Positions 9,747 to 16,933 of a stretch of DNA of 64,000 nt are shown here, one piece after another. Origin of the DNA: Acidobacteriota bacterium (GTDB lineage Bacteria; Acidobacteriota; Thermoanaerobaculia; Multivoradales; UBA5704); assembly GCA_040005235.1 (NCBI GenBank), contig JBDTZG010000022.1, forward strand, positions 20,319 to 84,318, written 5' to 3'. A program made the translations under genes and the position numbers. The notes below the pieces were generated by a model, which made no database searches, had not been told where the DNA came from, and worked only from the letters and a program-made list of their open reading frames with translations. Position 1 is the stretch's first letter. Every line of letters starts with the position of its first letter.

Positions 9747-10730
9747 ATGCAGGATCTCTACTCCCGATTGGGTCAGGTTGGGATCCCGCGAGCCTATGTC
9801 AAGGAGCGCATCCTGCCGGATTGGTGGGAGGATGACCTCGCTCACGATCCGGGCAATCGGCGTCTCGCCGAGCTGGCGATTTCTCGCACGCTCAAAATTC
9901 CCCTTGCCGACCTAGTCGATCCGAGTTCGCCTCTGAGTCTAGAGGGTGCCCATGAGGTCCGCTTCAAGCGCTGGCAGGATGCGGATCATTCAAGCTTGCT
10001 GCCCGCCGTTTCGATCGCACGAAGGGTTTTCGAGTTGTTGCTGTCGTGCGCAAAAAATCTGCCGGCCACACGGCTTGAAGGGAGCGATCCGAACGACCTC
10101 CGAGAGCGAATTCTGGCGCAGACCCAGAACGTGACTCTCGCCGACCTGCTTCGCTACTCCTGGGATTTCGGCGTCCCGGTCGTGCAACTGGATTCTCTAC
10201 CGAAGGGGTCGAAACGAGTCGACGGCATGGCGTTCTTTGTCGCCGGTCGCCCCTGTATCGCCCTTGCGAGCTCCAGAAGGAGCCCGGCCTTTTTGATTTG
10301 GCATCTTGCTCATGAGATGGGCCATGTGGCTCTCGGGCACCTGCAATCCGGCGCCGCGCTCGACGTCAACATCGATTTCAACTCGGAGCAGGCCGAAGAG
10401 CGGGAAGCGAACCTCTTCGCCAAGGACTTGGTCTACGGCAAGAAAAATCGTGAAGGGTTCAAGGCCGCCCGCCACCTGACCGGCGAAGCTCTGGCCTCTT
10501 CGGCAAGGGCCACCGGCGCCATGCACCGTATTTATCCCGGAAGCATCGTGACGAGCTATGGGTTCAATATGAGCGCATGGGGGACGGCCCAAAGCGCGCT
10601 GAATGTTTTGGGTGTCGCCGAAGGCGGCTCCGAAGCTGTTCGCGCGGCGTTGGCGGAGCGGGCCGACCTCGACGAACTTGCCGACACCGATCGGCAATTC
10701 TTTACCAAAGCAACCGGCCTGCTCGAGTAA
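9747..10730 (+). CDS. ImmA/IrrE-family (peptidase M78/DUF955) zinc metallopeptidase with N-terminal helical domain
   Basis: HLAHEMGH (HExxH) followed by EEREANLFA; VDGMAF upstream. Start 9747 (ATG) or 9729 (GTG). Confidence 0.85.
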   Translation: MQDLYSRLGQVGIPRAYVKERILPDWWEDDLAHDPGNRRLAELAISRTLKIPLADLVDPSSPLSLEGAHEVRFKRWQDADHSSLLPAVSIARRVFELLLSCAKNLPATRLEGSDPNDLRERILAQTQNVTLADLLRYSWDFGVPVVQLDSLPKGSKRVDGMAFFVAGRPCIALASSRRSPAFLIWHLAHEMGHVALGHLQSGAALDVNIDFNSEQAEEREANLFAKDLVYGKKNREGFKAARHLTGEALASSARATGAMHRIYPGSIVTSYGFNMSAWGTAQSALNVLGVAEGGSEAVRAALAERADLDELADTDRQFFTKATGLLE

Positions 10731-10734
10731 TCGG

Positions 10735-11379
10735 GTGGCCCTTGGTCCAAAGTTATGCATCGACTCGGATGCACTGATCAACCTATTGGCACTCGACTGC
10801 CTTAACGACGCGCTCGCATGTCTGGGCGTCGGCGAAACCACCTGCTTTCGACTGCCTTCGATTGAAGCCCAGCTCCGGCGCGCGAGGTGGGTCGGCGAGC
10901 GCTGGCCAAGAGTAGATCGGGCGGCCTTGGCCGACACGGTGTGCAGATTGCCAGTCCTTCCACCCCCTCAGGACATCACCACCCTCGACGCGCTCAACTC
11001 CAGAGAAGGAATCGACGAAGGCGAGGCGTACATCCTGGCCCGGGCACTGGAAGACCAGGCGTTGTTGGTGCTCACGGGCGACGGCAAAATGATCCGAGCA
11101 CTGCATCAAGCGCCCCCGCTCATCGACCTTGAACGTCTACGCGGGCGAATCGTGATCTTCCCGCAGATCATCGGGGCGCTGGTAAGCCGCCTGTCGGTTT
11201 TAGAGGTTGAATACCGTTGGCGCAGCGCAGCCCCGGGCGCGACGAGCCAAAGGCAGAAAAGCCTCTCCGTGATGTTCGGATCGGCCCCGACTTCGACCGA
11301 GGAGTTCTGGAGCGGCTATAAGTTTCAAGCGAGTCGCGTTACCGAGGCCTGCGGCGAAGGGTGGCTCTACCCGCTATAA
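10735..11379 (+). CDS. PIN-domain putative RNase toxin
   Basis: LCIDSDALI (N-terminal Asp), GIDEGEA and LVLTGDGK acidic motifs typical of PIN; GTG start 4 nt after the peptidase stop. Confidence 0.7.
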   Translation: MALGPKLCIDSDALINLLALDCLNDALACLGVGETTCFRLPSIEAQLRRARWVGERWPRVDRAALADTVCRLPVLPPPQDITTLDALNSREGIDEGEAYILARALEDQALLVLTGDGKMIRALHQAPPLIDLERLRGRIVIFPQIIGALVSRLSVLEVEYRWRSAAPGATSQRQKSLSVMFGSAPTSTEEFWSGYKFQASRVTEACGEGWLYPL

Positions 11380-11494
11380 GGAATCGTTTTGGCGGGTCCG
11401 AAGGAATCGCCGAAGGTACGTGACAACCGGATCCTCCTTGCTCCGGTCTCTGTCCCGTGTCACTTCTCAGGCACGGTGTAATAGTCTCGGCCTC

Positions 11495-13243
11495 ATGCGA
11501 AATTTTGCCTGCCTTCTGCTCGCCGCTACCCTCTGCTCCTCAGCCCATGCTCAGGCCACCCCCGTAGCCGATCGGGTAACGCAACAGAATGCGCTGTTCG
11601 AGGAGTTTTATCAGGCCGATCTCAAGAGAGCGCCGGAGCGGGCGACCTCGGTGGGCGACTATCGCTACAACGATCAGCTGAGCGACGTGTCGCTTGCGCA
11701 GATCGAGCGGAAGCAAGCGGAGGACGACGCTTTCCTCCGGCGGCTGCGAGCCATTCCGACCACCGGCATGGCGGAGGTCGACCGGATGTCGCACGAGCTT
11801 CTTGAACGGCAAATCGTCCGCGCCGGCGTGGGTTACGAACTCAAAAACTACGAGATGGCGATCAACCAGCAGGGCGGCATTCACACCTCCCTGGCCGATC
11901 TGCCGTTGAGTGTGCCCTTGGATTCGGTGCAGCGCTACGAGGATTACATCGCTCGGCTCCACCAGATCCCGCGGGTGTTGCAGCAGACCACCGAGGTACT
12001 GCGCGCCGGAATGAAGGACGGGCTGATGCCGCCCAAGCTCGTCGTGGACCTGCTGCCGGGGCAGTGCGACGGGATCGTTTTGGCCAACCCGTTCGTGCTG
12101 CCGTCGAAGAAGTTTCCGGCGACCTTTTCCGAGGAGGAGAAGCAGCGGCTGACGGCCGCGATGGCCAAGGCCGCCAACGAGGAAGTCCTTCCGGCCTACA
12201 AGAAATTCGCGGCGTTCCTGCGCGACGAGTACGCGCCCAAAGGGCGGACCGCGATCTCGGTCGAGAGCCTACCCGACGGCGTGCGCCGCTACGCCGAAGC
12301 CGTGAAGACGATGACCACCCTCGACATCACTCCGGACGCCGTCCATGAGGTGGGCCGGAAAGAAGTGGCTCGGATCACGGGCGAGATGACCCAGCTGGCC
12401 AAGGCGCAGGGCTACCAGGACCTCGCCGCCTTCCGTGCCGCGATTCACGGGGATTCCAAGTGGCAGCCGAAAACCGAGGACCAAATCGTCGCCGACTTCA
12501 AGAAGTACATCGACGCGATGCAACCTCGGTTACCAGAACTCTTCGGCCTGCTGCCAAAATCGCCGGTGACGGTCGAGGCCATTCCCGACTTCGACAAGGC
12601 CACGGCGACGCACTACGTCCGCGGCACTCCGGACGGCAAGCGGCCCGGGCGGGTGGTGGTCGCCGTCGCCGACCCGACCCATCGCACCCTGGTGAACGAC
12701 GAGGCGGTCGCCTATCACGAGGGCGTGCCGGGGCATCACATGCAGCTCAGTGTGGCTCAGCAACTGGAGGGTCTGCCGAAATTCCGGGTGCTCGGCGGAG
12801 GAGGCCTGTCCGCCTACGCCGAAGGTTGGGCGCTCTACTCAGAAGAACTTGGCAAAACGATCGGCCTCTACAAGGACCCGGTGTCCGACTACGGCCGGCT
12901 GAATTCCGAGCTGTTCCGCGCCGTGCGGCTGGTGGTCGATACCGGCATCCACCATAAGGGCTGGACGCGCGACCAGGTGATCGCCTACATGCATGAGAAC
13001 GACGTCAACGACGTCCAAGCGCAGACGGAAACCGACCGCTACATCGCGTGGCCAGGCCAGGCGCTGGCTTACAAGATGGGCCAACTGAAGATCCGCGAGC
13101 TGCGGGATCGCGCCCAAACCAAGCTCGGACCGCGTTTTGACATCAAGGCGTTCCACGACGAAATTCTGAACGGCGGAGCGCTGCCGCTCGACCTGCTGGA
13201 GGAGCGCGTGGATAGGTGGATCGCGGGGCAGCGGCAGCCGTAA
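11495..13243 (+). CDS. DUF885-family secreted metallopeptidase-like protein
   Basis: Signal peptide; YHEGVPGHHMQ, AYAEGWALYSE, RAVRLVVDTGIH and PGQALAYKMG motifs. Confidence 0.92.
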   Translation: MRNFACLLLAATLCSSAHAQATPVADRVTQQNALFEEFYQADLKRAPERATSVGDYRYNDQLSDVSLAQIERKQAEDDAFLRRLRAIPTTGMAEVDRMSHELLERQIVRAGVGYELKNYEMAINQQGGIHTSLADLPLSVPLDSVQRYEDYIARLHQIPRVLQQTTEVLRAGMKDGLMPPKLVVDLLPGQCDGIVLANPFVLPSKKFPATFSEEEKQRLTAAMAKAANEEVLPAYKKFAAFLRDEYAPKGRTAISVESLPDGVRRYAEAVKTMTTLDITPDAVHEVGRKEVARITGEMTQLAKAQGYQDLAAFRAAIHGDSKWQPKTEDQIVADFKKYIDAMQPRLPELFGLLPKSPVTVEAIPDFDKATATHYVRGTPDGKRPGRVVVAVADPTHRTLVNDEAVAYHEGVPGHHMQLSVAQQLEGLPKFRVLGGGGLSAYAEGWALYSEELGKTIGLYKDPVSDYGRLNSELFRAVRLVVDTGIHHKGWTRDQVIAYMHENDVNDVQAQTETDRYIAWPGQALAYKMGQLKIRELRDRAQTKLGPRFDIKAFHDEILNGGALPLDLLEERVDRWIAGQRQP

Positions 13244-13536
13244 GGCGGTTGCGGCGCCATAGGACGGGTTCGAAGGCCGGGAGGGAGAGCGGTCGCGTTA
13301 GCGGACGAGAGCCGAGCTTGCTCGCCCTCGTCGATCGCTTCCCGCTCAGCCGACCGAAACAGGCACTATCCCTGCAGCTTGCCTCTTGGCCTTCGGTCTT
13401 TTCCCTGGGTCGCCAAGAAGCGGAGAGCGTCTCAGCGATGCGCGTCATGAGCGGCGCTGCGAGGGGCCAGCATCTCGGCTAGCGCCAGGCCAGGCAGACC
13501 GCGATACGCTCTCAAAGTCTGTGTGAGAGGTCGCCA

Positions 13537-13845
13537 ATGATCAGAGTCCAATGCTACGAAGCCGAGCTAAACCTTAGGCGCCTCCTCGACGAGGCCGCCT
13601 CTGGGGAGGACGTGATCATCGAAGGAGCCCACGGAGCCGCGGTTCGCCTCGTTCCCATAGACGAAGCGGATGAGGAGCCGCGCCAGCCAATCGGCCATGC
13701 ACTGGATCGCTATATTGGAACTTGGTCCGTTGAACAGGAGGCGGAGGTTCTCAGGGCCGTTGCGATTTTCGAAGCCGTGGAGTCAAACCGTGTTGGAGGA
13801 CTGGCTTCTTTAGGGCGCAGCGGTCGCGATTTCAGAAGCCTTTAG
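13537..13845 (+). CDS. Phd/YefM-like antitoxin, orphan (no adjacent toxin)
   Basis: EAELNLRRLLDEAASGEDVIIE...AVRLVPI resembles the Phd DNA-binding domain. Confidence 0.6.
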   Translation: MIRVQCYEAELNLRRLLDEAASGEDVIIEGAHGAAVRLVPIDEADEEPRQPIGHALDRYIGTWSVEQEAEVLRAVAIFEAVESNRVGGLASLGRSGRDFRSL

Positions 13846-13940
13846 TGTGAGGCCGCGGTCATACTTCGAATCGCCGATCAGAGTCCTCGAGTTGCCAACT
13901 TCTCTTCTATTCTGACCTCTTCTGTTCGAGGCATTTGACT

Positions 13941-14957
13941 ATGTCAGTACCGCGCCGACATCACTACATTCCCCGCTTCCTCCTTCGCCGCTTCGCCTCG
14001 CGACGAGACGGTAAGAAATCTTGGATCTGGCAGGCGTCGAAAGACGGTAGCGTCCGGGAAGTGAGTACGAGAGATGCGGCTGTAGAGACAGACTTTCACG
14101 GAGGCGCGGACACTGGCATAGAAGCGGCCTTGAGCGAATTTGAGACGAGGTTTTCCATTGCCCTCTCCGAGATTGATCAGGAGGCAACGGTCAAGGGTCG
14201 GGAAGAAACGTTGAGGCAGTTAATCTGGACTCTTGCCATCAGGACTCGCGCGGTTCGCGATCAGTTTGATAGATTCATTGGCGATCTCTTGGGCGCAGCA
14301 GCCAACTCTTTTCAATCCGAAAGCGGTACCAGGGTTCTGATGAAAGAAATTGAATCGAGACTACCGGAACTCTTGGGACCGGAGCTCACTTCTCTTGACT
14401 CAGTCGGTCCTCAGGCCGACTCCTTATTGGCGCAAGTTCAACAGATGCTTGAGTCCGGACTGCCTCAACGAGTCTTTTTTGATACGCTAGGAGAAGAGTT
14501 CAGGGAGGATTCAAGACTTTCTCAACAGGGCCAGCTGAAGGGTCTGGCAAGAGTCATCGAAATCGGAGGTGCACCAGAAAGTTTTCGCCCCACGGGCTGG
14601 GAGATCTTCGATTTTAAGGATCACGAGATAGTTCTTGGTGACGGCTGCATTGTGGCCACGATTGCCGATGGTCAGACCGCTTCACTCTTGAGACCAAACG
14701 GTGCTTGGGAGAACATATACCTGCCAATATCTCCTTCTCGCGTCCTTGCTGCAGGACGGGAAAATCCGCCGGCACCCTTGGCGGATGCAATCAACCGAGC
14801 CTCGGCAGAACTCTCGGTCTCACAGTTCTTTTGTTCTAGCGCCAGCGCGGCTGCGCCGAACTTGGTATCAAGGATCGGACAAAGGGCAGTCATTCTAGAC
14901 GAAGTAGACATGCAAGAGATGTTTGCTGATGGGTGGAGGGAGCGGGACAACGTGTAG
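13941..14957 (+). CDS. DUF4238-domain protein (candidate anti-phage defence)
   Basis: N-terminal RRHHYIPRFLLRRF and later VLGDG..V...YLPISPSRVL motifs; visibly more AT-rich than the flanks. Confidence 0.8.
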   Translation: MSVPRRHHYIPRFLLRRFASRRDGKKSWIWQASKDGSVREVSTRDAAVETDFHGGADTGIEAALSEFETRFSIALSEIDQEATVKGREETLRQLIWTLAIRTRAVRDQFDRFIGDLLGAAANSFQSESGTRVLMKEIESRLPELLGPELTSLDSVGPQADSLLAQVQQMLESGLPQRVFFDTLGEEFREDSRLSQQGQLKGLARVIEIGGAPESFRPTGWEIFDFKDHEIVLGDGCIVATIADGQTASLLRPNGAWENIYLPISPSRVLAAGRENPPAPLADAINRASAELSVSQFFCSSASAAAPNLVSRIGQRAVILDEVDMQEMFADGWRERDNV

Positions 14958-14999
14958 GAAGTATGGCTTCGACACAAAAGGATCAGTTATTTAGCGCGG

Positions 15000-15162
15000 G
15001 TGACCGAGGGGCGCAACCCATCTTGCCGAGCGGGGGCGGCCCATGAGATGCCGCAGCCGCGCGGCGCAAACGCCCTTTTGTGCAGTATGACGACGTACCA
15101 GTCGTCGACCCCTAGGGCAGGGATGTCAACCTGAATCGGCCTCGGCGCGTGCGCGGCATCGA
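15000..15162 (-). pseudogene. Diverged internal fragment of a class V PLP-enzyme gene, homologous to 17394-17553
   Basis: DAAHAPRPIQVDIPALGVDDWYVVILHKRAFAPRGCGISWAAPARQDGLRPSVT aligns with DAAHAPGAIPVDIPSLGVDWYVANLHKWAMAPRGCAILWAAPERQEGLRPSVT. Confidence 0.9.
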
Positions 15163-15225
15163 GACTTGGCACTTCGAGTCCAATTCCGCTGGGCACCTGC
15201 GCGGCTTCCGAAGCGTCGAGATACG

Positions 15226-15633
15226 TCAGCCGGCACCCAAGACAACCACCTCGGGCATCTTCGCTCCAGCTTTCTCGAAGGTCGCCATCCGCTCCACTCC
15301 AGAGCGGAGGTAGTTGCAGTAGATAACGCGATCGATGAATCCGGGCTTTGCAGATTCGAAGTTGGGAGTTGCCAGAACTTCTTTCATCTCTGGCGTGGCT
15401 TCGACGCCCGACGTGGTCAGGAACTCTCGGAAGCCTTCAAGGGCGTCTCTCTTCGAAACGCCATAGTGGTGCTGCAGCGCGTAGTAGGCCTCGGCCAGGA
15501 CGATGTCCGAGACCAGAATCCGATCTCCTGCGCGTCGTCGATCCAGAAGGTAGCGAAGGGCCGTAGCCGCAAGCTCCTCTGGAGCCCCCGAAAGGAGGCG
15601 TACGATGACCGAGGTGTCGAGCCCTACGATCAA
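15226..15633 (-). CDS. vapC: VapC-like PIN-domain toxin
   Basis: (M)IVGLDTSVIVRLL...VLAEAYYAL...GFIDRVI...TFEK; TTG start overlaps the antitoxin stop. Confidence 0.85.
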   Translation of the reverse strand: MIVGLDTSVIVRLLSGAPEELAATALRYLLDRRRAGDRILVSDIVLAEAYYALQHHYGVSKRDALEGFREFLTTSGVEATPEMKEVLATPNFESAKPGFIDRVIYCNYLRSGVERMATFEKAGAKMPEVVVLGAG

Positions 15634-15938
15634 AGATTGCGCTCCTTGACGATCCCTGCCGCAATACTCCGACGGATCGACTCCATGTCGTGATCTGCCA
15701 CCCGGCCTGCGTATTTCTTGAACATACCGAACCAAGCAGGAGGCGGCTCGCCGCCCAACCTCTCCGTGTCCTTCTCCGGCAGGGTTTGCCCGGAAGGCTC
15801 AAGTGCCTCCATTTCTCTAGGATCGACGTAACGTCGGAACAGCGCCTCAGTCACCTCTCGCACGGCGCGGCCTTCCAGAGCGCTTTTGGCCTTGACTTGC
15901 CGGTAGAGGTCGTCGGGTATCTCAATCGTGGCTTTCAT
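15630..15938 (-). CDS. Ribbon-helix-helix antitoxin (VapB-like)
   Basis: MKATIEIPDDLYRQVKAKSALEGRAVREV is an RHH signature; directly upstream of the PIN toxin. Confidence 0.85.
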   Translation of the reverse strand: MKATIEIPDDLYRQVKAKSALEGRAVREVTEALFRRYVDPREMEALEPSGQTLPEKDTERLGGEPPPAWFGMFKKYAGRVADHDMESIRRSIAAGIVKERNL

Positions 15939-15944
15939 GCAGGA

Positions 15945-15973
15945 AGTAAACCGTATTGCCGTATTCCCGTCAA
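15945..15973 (-). promoter_or_regulatory. Promoter of the RHH-VapC operon with direct-repeat operator
   Basis: Minus strand TTGACG-N17-TTTACT, 6 nt before the ATG; spacer contains AATACGG twice at 8-nt period. Confidence 0.55.
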
Positions 15974-15998
15974 GGTGCATACCCCAACGCCGGTCGGA

Positions 15999-16458
15999 GT
16001 CCGAGTCGTCCGGACCTCGATCGCAGCCGTCGGGACCTCGATCGCAGCCGTCGGGACCTCGATCCGAGTCGTCCAGACCTCGGTCGCAGCCGTCGGGACC
16101 TCGGTCCGAGCCGTCCGGACAGGGTCGCAGCCATCCGGATCTTGGTCCGAGTCGTTCGGACCTGGGTTGCAGCTGTCCGGGCCTCGGTCCGAGCCGTTCG
16201 GACCTGGGTCGCAGCTGTCGGGATCTGGGTCCGAGCCGTCCGGACCGGGTCGCAGTCGTCGGGACCTCGGTCCGAGCCGTCCAGATCTCGGGCGCAACGG
16301 TCGGGAATCAGGTCCGAGCCGTCCGGATCTTGGTCCCAAAAGTCGGAACCTCGGTCCGAGACATCCGGACCTCAGTCGCGGCGGTCCGAACTTCAGTCCG
16401 AGCCGTTCAGACCTGGGTCGCGGCGGTCGAGACCCCAGTCCAAGCCGCTCGGACCTCG
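15999..16458. repeat. 22 degenerate tandem ~21-bp palindromic units, mostly alternating GTCCGAG.../GTCGCAG... types
   Basis: Consensus GTC(CG/GC)AGCCGTC(C/G)GGACCTCG; two units are 20 bp (16104, 16229); GGTCCG...CGGACC inverted arms. Confidence 0.95.
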
Positions 16459-16495
16459 GGCGCGGCCGCCTTGGCCGCTCGACCGGGCCTCAATG

Positions 16496-16570
16496 TCACC
16501 GCCCAAATCGGCTTTTCCAGCCAGCCGGATCCCGCCGGACGGGGTAGATCGCGAAGACGACGACCCGCAT
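16496..16570 (-). pseudogene. Internally deleted ParE/RelE toxin remnant
   Basis: ATG overlaps the antitoxin stop (TGATG); MRVVVFAIYPVRRDPAGWKSRFGR* resembles only the C-terminal V.AV.H.RRDP..W..R tail of ParE toxins. Confidence 0.6.
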
Positions 16571-16800
16571 CACCGGCGAAGCCGCGCTTCGGCCGCGTCC
16601 TTTGCCTCGCTCCACGACACGACGTCATCCGGATTTGCCTGGTATTCGGCGATTCTGATGTCCAGGTCGGAACGATGGGCCGCGGTGAGCGGCGGCGCCT
16701 GTGGGTCGGCGGCAATGTTCGCCCAGATCTCCTCGACGAGATCCAGACGCTCTTCGATGTCGAGCCGATCGATGCCGAGGCTTTTTACGGTGGCAAGCAT
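16570..16800 (-). CDS. Putative addiction module component (TIGR02574-type antitoxin)
   Basis: LDIEERLDLVEEIWANI...LTAAHRSDLDIRIAEYQANPDDVVSWSEAK pattern. Confidence 0.85.
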   Translation of the reverse strand: MLATVKSLGIDRLDIEERLDLVEEIWANIAADPQAPPLTAAHRSDLDIRIAEYQANPDDVVSWSEAKDAAEARLRR

Positions 16801-16826
16801 CGGATACCCTCCCCAACCCTGCTGGG

Positions 16827-16923
16827 CGGAAGCGCATGGGAATCGAACCCACCCCCCACGCCGGAACCGGCGCGGGACAACGGTTTTGAAGACCGCAAGA
16901 GGCACCAGCCCCCGAGCGCTTCC
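16827..16923 (-). tRNA. selC: tRNA-Sec (UCA)
   Basis: GGAAGCGC.../...GCGCTTCCG acceptor stem, CGGT-CTTCAAA-ACCG anticodon arm, long variable arm (CGCCGG/CCGGCG), GGTTCGATTCC T-arm, 97 nt; followed by CCCA rather than an exact CCA. Confidence 0.95.
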
Positions 16924-16933
16924 GTGGGGGATC

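Noticed and set aside
11390-11409. Possible att-site remnant: minus strand CGATTCCTTCGGACCCGCCA resembles a tRNA 3' end
   Set aside because: It matches the selC 3' end (CGATTCCCATGCGCTTCCGCC) only at the edges; too weak to call attL/attR.
13143-13482. Small ORFs between DUF885 and the Phd-like gene
   Set aside because: No recognisable motifs; possibly decayed sequence, but unsupported.
9396-16458. Either repeat array as a CRISPR array
   Set aside because: No unique spacers between identical repeats, units are contiguous and degenerate, and there are no cas genes in the window.
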